Origin: Candidatus Nanoarchaeia archaeon
Lineage (GTDB): Archaea > Nanobdellota > Nanobdellia > SCGC-AAA011-G17 > JAUYJU01
Assembly (NCBI GenBank): GCA_030700155.1
Contig: JAUYJU010000016.1
Location: 1,188 to 65,187, forward strand
DNA length: 64,000 nt
Direction: 5' to 3'
Shown here: positions 9,042 to 17,096 of the stretch, in pieces
Layout of the letters: every line of letters starts with the position of its first letter
Numbering within the stretch: the first letter of the stretch is position 1
The notes under the pieces: generated by a model
Databases searched by the model: none
What the model was told of the DNA's origin: nothing
What the model saw: only the letters and a program-made list of their open reading frames with translations
Made by a program: the position numbers and the translations under genes

Positions 9042-9543
9042 ATTTCTTTCTAGGTTAAATTCTGTGATTAAGAAAAAAGTTACTGTTGTTTTAATTGGAG
9101 GAAGTGCACTTTCTACTTTAGGTTTAAAATCTACTACGGAAGATGTTGATATAGTGTGTCGTTCTTCAGAACCGATTGTTGCTAATTTTTGCAGGGAATA
9201 TCTTAAACGTTATAAAGTAAAAGTTGAGTTCTTTGTTGATGGGTTATTTAAAAATATTAGAATAAAGGATTATTTAGAGAGCGCTTATCCTTATGTCCAA
9301 GATGAATTTCAAAATCTGGATATAAAACTTTTAAGTTTGCCTGATATAATCTTAACAAAAATAAGTCGCTCTTTGCCTCGTGATTTTGAGGATATTGCAA
9401 GAGTCTTACAGAAACAAGAAATTAGTGAAACAGAACTGGATAAGCGCTTTCTTTATTTATTAAAGAATACTATTGGAGACAAAACTGACTTCAAAGAAAA
9501 ATATGATAATTTTAAGAAACTATATGGAACTCTTTTAAAATAA
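8998..9543 (+). CDS. Nucleotidyltransferase-fold protein (GS motif; AbiEii/MNT-like)
   Basis: VLIGGSALSTLG...TEDVDIV pattern (GS..D.D of pol-beta NTase fold). Confidence 0.4.
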   Translation: MGCIVDMALEPLAHEFLSRLNSVIKKKVTVVLIGGSALSTLGLKSTTEDVDIVCRSSEPIVANFCREYLKRYKVKVEFFVDGLFKNIRIKDYLESAYPYVQDEFQNLDIKLLSLPDIILTKISRSLPRDFEDIARVLQKQEISETELDKRFLYLLKNTIGDKTDFKEKYDNFKKLYGTLLK

Positions 9544-9582
9544 ATGGATAAACTTATAAATTCCATATTTCTACCTTAAGTT

Positions 9583-10299
9583 ATGGATAAAAATGCACTT
9601 ATAGCGGTGTTGGTAATTGCTGGTGTTGTACTAGCTTTAGGGATAACTTTCTTTGATAGAACTTTACCTGATATTGGTAAAACTATAAGCGCTAATGGTG
9701 TAGCTACATTAAAAACTATGCCTGACCAAGCAAGTGTGAATGTAAGGATTGATTCTTTACAACCTACAGCTGAAGCTGCTAAAAATAAGAATGCAGAAAT
9801 AACTGATAAAGTTGAGAAGGCTTTGAAAAATATTGTTGATGAAAAAGATATACAGACTGAATATTTCAATATTTATGAAGAATTTGATTGGACAGATGGT
9901 AATCAAAAATCTAAAGGTTGGAGAGCATCACATACTTTAAAGATAATTGCTACTGATTTTGAGGATATTGGAAAGATAGTTGATGCAGCTGTTAACGGTG
10001 GAGCAACTGGAATTGATTATATCAATTTTGAGATATCTGAAGCTAGAAAATCTGAATTAAAAAAACAGGTTTTAGAGATGGCTTCTAAAGATGCAAGAGA
10101 AAAAGCTCAGGCTATTGCTTCTGGTTTGAATGCCAAAATTGGAGACATTGTTTCTGTAACAACTTCAGATTATGATTATATGCCTATACCAATTTACAGG
10201 GCTGATGCTGGAATGGCTTTGGAGAAAGCTGTTACTGATATAAGTCCTAAGGAATTAGAAGTAAGTGCTAATGTTCAGGTAACTTTTGAGTTAGAATAA
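9583..10299 (+). CDS. SIMPL/DUF541-domain protein (YggE-like), N-terminal TM anchor
   Basis: N-terminal TM helix; architecture resembles SIMPL periplasmic immunogenic protein family. Confidence 0.5.
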   Translation: MDKNALIAVLVIAGVVLALGITFFDRTLPDIGKTISANGVATLKTMPDQASVNVRIDSLQPTAEAAKNKNAEITDKVEKALKNIVDEKDIQTEYFNIYEEFDWTDGNQKSKGWRASHTLKIIATDFEDIGKIVDAAVNGGATGIDYINFEISEARKSELKKQVLEMASKDAREKAQAIASGLNAKIGDIVSVTTSDYDYMPIPIYRADAGMALEKAVTDISPKELEVSANVQVTFELE

Positions 10300-10330
10300 A
10301 TATTTAAAGGCTATTTCTTAAGGTTATACT

Positions 10331-10978
10331 ATGGATAAAATAATTGGTATTGATGAAGCTGGTCGTGGGCCGGTAATAGGACCTATGGTAATGGCTGGAG
10401 TTTTAATTAGTGAAGACAAGCAAGATGACCTTAGGAAAATAGGAGTTAAGGATTCTAAGTTATTAACTGCCAAAAAAAGAGAAGAACTTTATAACCAAAT
10501 TGTTAAGATGGCTGAAAAGATAGCTATTGTTATTATATCACCTAAAGAGATTGACGAAGCTGTTGAGTCTCAAACTTTAAACTTAAATTGGTTAGAAGCT
10601 ATTAAAACTGCTGAATTGATAAATGCTGCAGAGCCTGATAGGGCTTATATTGACTGCCCTTCTAATAATATTGAAGCTTATAGAAATTATTTGAAAAAAC
10701 TTTTGAGAAAAGATGTGAAATTGATTGTAGAGCACAAAGCTGATTTTAAATATTCAACTTCGGCTGCTGCTTCTATTATTGCTAAAGTAACTAGAGACAG
10801 GGAAATTACAAAGATTCAAAAAAGGTTTAAAGATCCAATGGGTTCTGGGTATCCTGCTGATCCTGTGACTGTAGAGTTCCTGAAAAAACACTGGAAAGAG
10901 GATCAGGGAATCTATAGAAAAAGCTGGGAAACGTATAAAGAGTTGGAACGTAATTCTAGCCAGAAGACTTTAATTTAA
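10331..10978 (+). CDS. rnhB: Ribonuclease HII
   Basis: N-terminal IIGIDEAGRGPVIGPMV catalytic motif. Confidence 0.85.
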   Translation: MDKIIGIDEAGRGPVIGPMVMAGVLISEDKQDDLRKIGVKDSKLLTAKKREELYNQIVKMAEKIAIVIISPKEIDEAVESQTLNLNWLEAIKTAELINAAEPDRAYIDCPSNNIEAYRNYLKKLLRKDVKLIVEHKADFKYSTSAAASIIAKVTRDREITKIQKRFKDPMGSGYPADPVTVEFLKKHWKEDQGIYRKSWETYKELERNSSQKTLI

Positions 10979-12022
10979 ATTTTTAAAAATTTCTTTTCTA
11001 AACTTATAAGTATTAGCTTGCATTGCATATCCAAACCATCCGTGCAAACTGTTGATAAAATTATCATAAGTCAACAGTCCTTCCTTAAATAAGTTTAATC
11101 TTTCATTAAAACTCTTTTCAAATTTCTTCTTATTGCTTCTTCTTAACAATTTATAGTGGTAAAATATCTTATAACCTAGAAAGCTTACGCCGTTTCTTAA
11201 AGACAGTATTTTAGACTTGTCAGGATGTAGTTTTAGTTTAAGCTTGTTAATCAAATAATTGTTTATTATCTCTTTATAATATTCAAGAATTTTCCTATTT
11301 TTATGTAAAATCACAAAATCATCAACGTATCTTATATAGTATTTCGCTTTAAGTTTGTGTTTTACAAAATAATCTAATTCATTCAAATAAACATTAGCAA
11401 AAAATTGAGAAGTGAGGTTGCCCAAAGGCATTCCTCTGCCATTAATTTTTGGACTAAAATTACCTAATATTTGTTTTATTATCCAGATTACTTTTTCGTC
11501 CTTTATCTTTTTATGAATAATTCCCAGCAAAACCTTATGAGAGACGGTTTCAAAATAATGCTTAATATCAGCTTTCAGTAAATAGCCTTGAACCAAGTTG
11601 TTATCAAAAACATTATTTACTAATCTACCATTGCTAGAAACTTTTCTTTTGAATTTATCAAATCTTAAAACTGCCTTACTTGTTCCTTTTTTAAGTCTGC
11701 TGGCGTAAGAATCGTGTATAAATCTTTTCTCAAATATATCGCCTATTACATTAATTATCGCGTGATAAACTACTCTGTCTCTGAAATCTGAAGCGTGTAT
11801 AATCCTTGTTTTTGGTTCTCTTATAATAAACTTTTTTAGTAGTCTAGGAATATATGTTTGAGACTCTAATTCTTCTTTTAATTTATTTAAATTATTTTTA
11901 AGATTTGCTTCAAACTTTTTGACATAAGGTCTCTTTGACTTTCTTTTTCTGGCTTTTCTGAAAGCCTTGCTTAGATTCTCTATTGAACAAAGTTCTTTGT
12001 ATAATTTGTTGTAAGTTTTCAT
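10970..12022 (-). CDS. DGR-type reverse transcriptase
   Basis: RT motifs including YIRYVDDFVILH (YxDD) and MPLGNLTSQFFANVYLNELD. The SQ in motif 4 is the DGR RT hallmark (group II intron RTs have SP). 350 aa, no maturase/endonuclease domains; adjacent TR. Confidence 0.85.
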   Translation of the reverse strand: MKTYNKLYKELCSIENLSKAFRKARKRKSKRPYVKKFEANLKNNLNKLKEELESQTYIPRLLKKFIIREPKTRIIHASDFRDRVVYHAIINVIGDIFEKRFIHDSYASRLKKGTSKAVLRFDKFKRKVSSNGRLVNNVFDNNLVQGYLLKADIKHYFETVSHKVLLGIIHKKIKDEKVIWIIKQILGNFSPKINGRGMPLGNLTSQFFANVYLNELDYFVKHKLKAKYYIRYVDDFVILHKNRKILEYYKEIINNYLINKLKLKLHPDKSKILSLRNGVSFLGYKIFYHYKLLRRSNKKKFEKSFNERLNLFKEGLLTYDNFINSLHGWFGYAMQANTYKFRKEIFKNLN

Positions 12023-12049
12023 TCTTAATCGCCTAGTAAATCTTGGGCT

Positions 12050-12160
12050 ATTCCAAGGTCGGAAGTCTCGTCTAATTTCTTAGATTTCGAGTTCTGCGGA
12101 TTCCTGTTGCAATTCAGGTTAACCCTATCGGAATTCGCATCGAACCTCGCGACAGCTGTA
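12050..12160 (-). repeat. DGR template repeat (TR); aligned core 12084..12156
   Basis: Aligns to VR1 and VR2; every difference is at a plus-strand T, i.e. a template adenine on the coding (minus) strand. Confidence 0.85.
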
Positions 12161-12400
12161 GCAGATTTATCAAGTTTCACCATAACTTTAGCTTTCACTT
12201 AAAACTTCCCCAAGGTCTTTCATCACTACTAACTATTGTTATTGTATTTCATGGCATTTAGACTTAAATTGTCCATGCACTATAAATCTGCGTGTAGCCC
12301 AAGACTGCCACTTTCCTAGATTTTTACTGGGATGCAAAAATCTCAAGAGGCAAATTTAGGCAATTCTTCAGAGAATTAAAGGCTATAATAATTTAACTAC

Positions 12401-13204
12401 TCAAATTTTTTCGCGCGCCTGACGTACCCCAAGGCCGGAATTCGAGTACTGCGGATTCCTGTCGCAATCCAGGCCAACCCTATCGGAATCCGCACCGAAC
12501 CCCGCGACATGTTGGTCTCTAGGGAACCAGTAGTGTAAGCTTCCATTATTTGCATTTGGTAAAGGCAATCCTTGAGAAGTTGCATTTTGCAACCAATCTT
12601 CCAAATCTATTCCTGGATCTCTATCTGTCATCAAACAATCTTCCAAAGGTTCTGAATATTTTGGCTGTAATGGTCCATTTACAATTCTATGTCCATAATC
12701 AACCATAAATTCGCTTACTCCTAAAATACCTTTAAAGCCTTTTTTGGATTGCTTTCTGAATTTGGCATCTAGCCACTCTGCCCTATAGGGACTTCTTACT
12801 TCAATGATTTCATTTAAAATTTGAGTTACTCCTTGAGGATTTACTTTCTTTCCTGTTCCGTCGTAAACTACTTTTCCTGATTTTAACAAATTAAGGAAAT
12901 CTACGTACTGCCTTATTGTAAGCATGAAGTTTCCTTCATCGTGTAAACTTTTATGAACTTGATTCCAAGTGTGGTTGTGATATTTTCTTTCTTTTGAAAC
13001 TAACAAATCAGGATATGAATAAGAACCGTGAGTTCTTCCTTCCAATATTAAATAAGCTTCAGGATTTGAAATATTTGAAGCTGGAATTATTATCTTAGGT
13101 TTTGGTTGAGGTTCTGGAGTTTCTTTCTTAGAGTCTAAACTAGCCAGAACTTTTTTCAAATTTTCTTTAGGATCTCTTCCAAAGAATCTTTTAGGTTTTG
13201 TCAT
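12401..13204 (-). CDS. DGR target protein 1 (variable C-terminus; FGE-sulfatase / C-type-lectin-like fold inferred)
   Basis: VR1 occupies the last ~30 codons before the stop. N-terminal 41 aa identical to target 2. C-terminus ..GVRQAREKI. Confidence 0.75.
   Translation of the reverse strand: MTKPKRFFGRDPKENLKKVLASLDSKKETPEPQPKPKIIIPASNISNPEAYLILEGRTHGSYSYPDLLVSKERKYHNHTWNQVHKSLHDEGNFMLTIRQYVDFLNLLKSGKVVYDGTGKKVNPQGVTQILNEIIEVRSPYRAEWLDAKFRKQSKKGFKGILGVSEFMVDYGHRIVNGPLQPKYSEPLEDCLMTDRDPGIDLEDWLQNATSQGLPLPNANNGSLHYWFPRDQHVAGFGADSDRVGLDCDRNPQYSNSGLGVRQAREKI
12419..12499 (-). repeat. DGR variable repeat VR1 (3' end of target 1)
   Basis: 71-nt alignment to TR with 9 mismatches, all TR-T(plus)/A(coding) to A or C. 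Followed by GC-rich ccaaggccgg..cgcgcgcc (IMH plus possible hairpin). Confidence 0.85.
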
Positions 13205-14911
13205 TGTTTCACAAACCTCTTGTAAGTATTTGTTGCTGTATTAACCATTAATTTTGAAAGTTCATCTCCTGAATTTACATAAAACACAGGTAACTCCATA
13301 TTCTCAAGATCTTGCGTGAATGCATTTGATCTTCCTATTTGAATATGTGCAAAATAATTGTCTTTAGTTAATCTTTCAAATTCAGATTTAGCTGAACTCC
13401 AATTTTCTATCTCTCCGTCTGAAATAGACAAAACAAAACTTTCTCTTCCATTTAAAGCATCAACTAAAGTTTTTGCGTCTAATCTTGTGTCTTCCCAATC
13501 TGGAGATAAAGCTAATTTTCTTAGTTTTTGAATATTCTTGAAATCTGATTCTTCATATCTTGTATTTGAAGAAAATAATGATAATCCATGTCCAATATAC
13601 TGAGCTATTCCCTGAGATTGTAAAAACTGTTCAATGCCATAAAAACCTAATAAAGCATAATGATATTTACTATTATCCCCCCAAGGAATAAAAGTCGTAT
13701 CTCCTTGATTTCCATTAATTCCTTCCTGCATAGATCCTGAATTATCCAAGACAACCATCTTGAAATCAGGGAAAGACCTTTTCTGGACTTTTGCTTTTTG
13801 AGTTATTGTCAAAGGTGTTCTTTGATATCCAAATGTAATTCCTTCGTCTGTTGCATATAATTTAGTATGTTTGACTTTTCTAATGTCGTCTGTCTCTGGG
13901 TCAAAAGGTCTGAAATTTAAAGGTGCTATTGCCAAGCCTTGCTCTCTAGTCATTGCTTCAACTTCAACTGGAATTGACCTAGCTAACCTTCTGTATAATA
14001 AATCTAACTGCTCATGAGATTCAAAATTGGGTGAAAGTCCTTCTCCAGATTTGTAGCGTCCATAAGCGACTTCTTCTTTGCCTTCTTTTGTTGAAGCTTT
14101 CTCTTCCAAACCATTTCCACTTGCATCTTGACCTTGAGAATCCTGCCATGCTGAAAGTCTTTCTGTTGGTGGTATTTCTAATAAAGGTTCTAAAGCTTTT
14201 GTAAACCTTGAAGCCATTTCAGGCCATCTTGATTTGTCAAATAGTTTATTTATATCTTTTTCATCCAGATTTAATTCTTTTATTGCTTTATTAACTGCTT
14301 TTTCAACTTCTTTTGTGTTTAAATTGTGCCTCTTTAATAAAGCTTTATCTGCATTGTCTCCCCATAAATGCATGTTTAATTTAACAAAAGCTTCATAAAA
14401 AGGAGTGTAACCTTCTTGCCCTTGTTTTCTGCTTTGAAATCCTTGGTCATCCCAGAATAAAACCTGTCCTGAAAAATTTCCAGTATAATCCCTACATCTT
14501 GCATTATTTATTAAATCTTCAAAAGCGTTTGCTACATAACCTGCCTGTCCTTGCTTGTCTTCTGGTAAGGATTCTTTTACTGCTTCTAAAACTAAATCGT
14601 GGTTATGCGTATCATAAGGGCATCCGAATCCTGAATTGAATGGAAGCTCCCAGTGCCCTAATTCATGGTGTAAAATATCAGTTAATAATTGTGTTTTTGC
14701 ATCTTCAATTTTCTTTTTTCTTGCGTAGGCTTTTTGCCTTCTGCCTGTTACTGGATTAAATCCTTTTTTAACATTCATTTCTATAGTCCAATCTTTTGGA
14801 TTTATGTGCGCAGAAACGTTTTCTTTTGCTTCATCATACTCATTTAATTTCAATGTTCCGCTAACTAGACCTATACTATTCTTTATCCGGTTTAATTCTT
14901 GAACTAAATTC
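13201..14911 (-). CDS. VWA-domain protein with N-terminal HExxH metallopeptidase-like motif (MoxR partner)
   Basis: MIDAS VVLDNSGSMQ in C-terminal half; LHHELGHWELP in N-terminal part. ORF-track start (14997) runs into VR2; real ATG (MNLVQELN) at 14911, 5 nt after target-2 stop. Confidence 0.65.
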
Positions 14912-14915
14912 ATTT

Positions 14916-15620
14916 TCAAATTTTTTCGCGCGCCTGACGTACCCCAAGGTCGGAACCCGAGCCCCGCGGATTCCAGCCGCAAAACAGGCCAACCCAATCG
15001 GAACCCGCATCGAACCCCGCGACAGCTTCATCTATTGGATGCCAGAAATAAACATTATCTCCCTGCTTGTACTTCTGCAATCTTGATTTTTTGGCAGGTA
15101 ATCCTTGTTTGTTTAAGCTTGATAAATCAGCATAACATTCTTCCATTACGCAGCTATCTAGAGATTCTGTATTCTGAGGTACTAATTTACCATTAATTAT
15201 TCTGTGATTGTAACTGATTTTTAATCCGTTATTGTTCGTGAAATAAGCATCAAGATGTTCTGCTCTCCAAGGATCTCTTTTTTCAGTGATTTCATTATAA
15301 ATATTTTTGAATTCATCATTTCCATTCTTTAGAGCTTCAAGAAAATCCAAGAATTCAGGAATTGTGAGCATTCTTGCATCTTCTTTGTGTAAAGATTCAT
15401 GTGATTGATACCAATTTTTATTAAAATGTGTTTTTTGTTTCGCTATGTATAAATTGCGTGAAGGCAAATAAATATAATCTTCTTTGTCAAGACCTTCTGG
15501 AATTATTATCTTAGGTTTTGGTTGAGGTTCTGGAGTTTCTTTCTTAGAGTCTAAACTAGCCAGAACTTTTTTCAAATTTTCTTTAGGATCTCTTCCAAAG
15601 AATCTTTTAGGTTTTGTCAT
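14916..15620 (-). CDS. DGR target protein 2 (paralog of target 1, variable C-terminus)
   Basis: VR2 at 3' end. First ~125 nt identical to target 1. C-terminus ..GVRQAREKI. Confidence 0.75.
   Translation of the reverse strand: MTKPKRFFGRDPKENLKKVLASLDSKKETPEPQPKPKIIIPEGLDKEDYIYLPSRNLYIAKQKTHFNKNWYQSHESLHKEDARMLTIPEFLDFLEALKNGNDEFKNIYNEITEKRDPWRAEHLDAYFTNNNGLKISYNHRIINGKLVPQNTESLDSCVMEECYADLSSLNKQGLPAKKSRLQKYKQGDNVYFWHPIDEAVAGFDAGSDWVGLFCGWNPRGSGSDLGVRQAREKI
14940..15023 (-). repeat. DGR variable repeat VR2 (3' end of target 2)
   Basis: Aligns to TR 12084..12157 with about 21 mismatches, all at TR T(plus)/A(coding). Same GC-rich 3' flank as VR1. Confidence 0.85.
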
Positions 15621-16809
15621 CAGCTAACCTCTCAAGCAAACTTTTCATGAAAGACCATCTGCCTGAAAATACACTAAGTAATCTCTCATTTTTCTTTCCC
15701 TTGTCTGCAAGTTCCAGTCCAGCAGCAATTTTATCTTTTCTGTCATCGCTAAATTCTGTTCTAGTTGCATTAATTACAGCATCCATTGCTTTATAATGGT
15801 CTTCTCCATAGGTTTGCCTTACTAAAGCTTCATTTAATATTCCAGAGTAAGCTGAAGTGAACTTGAAAGCCTGCATCATTGATTCTAGTGGATCAGGTGT
15901 TTCAGCGCCTTTTTCCTGAACAATTTGGTCTAAAGCTTGGCTTAATGTTATAATTGATTTTGCAGCTCTTGGTGATACTGGCAAAACCAAAGCAGCATCT
16001 GAACCAGCTTCATGATTTTCCAAAGCAGTTGGCCATGCAGACTTCATTTTAGTTTTGCTTTCTCCATTTTCTAAAGTATCAAGTCCATGGATCAAATACA
16101 AAGCTATTAATTTCTTTTCATCAGATACTTCAGCTTCATTTAGTTTTCTATGGGCTTCTCTGATTTCAGCGGTCTTATCTTCTGCTTTAGCATCAAAGTT
16201 AACTCTGGGGTTTCTGTCACCGGTCAGTATTTCAAAAGTGTCAATAGGCTGAGGTCTAAAATAATCTGTATCTATAACAAGATGCATTCTGTCTCTTAAA
16301 GCTCTTCCTAATTCATTTGATGATTCTGTAAATTGCTGCCCAATATTTCCAGTAGCAATACCTACTGAATATCCATCACCAATGGGATAAGCTTTTCCAT
16401 CTATTTCTATAAAACCATCAAATAAGTTAAATAACTGAGCACGAACAGCAGGAACACAATTAGGCAATTCATCAATAGTAATCAGATTATAATTAATCCT
16501 ATCAGTTAAATCCTTGAATTTAACTCCAGCTGCATCTCCTTGTTTCAATGCTTTCAGGAATTCAGGATTGACTTGCTGGAATAATTCTCTAGTATCCATA
16601 TCATTTCTTCCTAGAATAAATAATGATTTGTCTCCAAAATAATGAGCTACATCTCTTGCTAATTGAGTTTTACCAGAACCAGTATCACCCTGTAAGAAAA
16701 CGTTTAATCTTCCTCTTAGAGCGGCCTCTACCATGTCGTGCATGTAAATTGGAACTCCATTTAAGGTAGTTAATTCAGTACTATTTCTGTAATTCTTCGG
16801 TTTGAACAT
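15607..16809 (-). CDS. MoxR-family AAA+ ATPase (CbbQ/NorQ/GvpN-like)
   Basis: Walker A FLQGDTGSGKTQLARDV, Walker B ITIDELPN, MoxR lid VLPVSPRAAKSIITLSQA. 14-nt overlap with target 2. Confidence 0.8.
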   Translation of the reverse strand: MFKPKNYRNSTELTTLNGVPIYMHDMVEAALRGRLNVFLQGDTGSGKTQLARDVAHYFGDKSLFILGRNDMDTRELFQQVNPEFLKALKQGDAAGVKFKDLTDRINYNLITIDELPNCVPAVRAQLFNLFDGFIEIDGKAYPIGDGYSVGIATGNIGQQFTESSNELGRALRDRMHLVIDTDYFRPQPIDTFEILTGDRNPRVNFDAKAEDKTAEIREAHRKLNEAEVSDEKKLIALYLIHGLDTLENGESKTKMKSAWPTALENHEAGSDAALVLPVSPRAAKSIITLSQALDQIVQEKGAETPDPLESMMQAFKFTSAYSGILNEALVRQTYGEDHYKAMDAVINATRTEFSDDRKDKIAAGLELADKGKKNERLLSVFSGRWSFMKSLLERLADDKT

Positions 16810-17096
16810 CTTCTGCCTCCTTGACTACTTCTATTTTTACTTCTACTATAGTTTTAGGCTTTAAATCATTCTTTAAAAAACTAGGGATAACTATAACTGA
16901 TTGATTGCCGTGTTTTGCAATTTTCTTTGTAATTGTGTATGTTTTTGACATTTTTTATGTATAAACTATATATTTTTACTACTTTTTAGTAATTACAGTT
17001 ATATATAAAACTTTCTGTTTTTATATTGCTTTAAAATCGACTTAAATGGCTCTTTAAACCCAATTAACCTTATTAGCAAGTTTTATAAAGCAGAAA

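Noticed and set aside
9576-9869. 97-aa minus-strand ORF
   Set aside because: Overlaps the N-terminal region of the SIMPL-domain gene (9583..10299) on the opposite strand. Hydrophobic low-complexity translation; spurious.
12397-12585. 62-aa minus-strand ORF overlapping VR1; considered as a possible Avd accessory gene
   Set aside because: It overlaps the target-1 coding region and VR1 on another frame, is too short, and lacks the basic helical character of Avd. No separate Avd-like ORF exists in the TR-VR1 spacer.
14912-14997. N-terminal 29 residues (MGWPVLRLESAGLGFRPWGTSGARKNLK) of the track ORF 13201..14997
   Set aside because: This stretch is VR2 and the target-2 3' end read in another frame. 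The real start of the VWA gene is the ATG at 14911.
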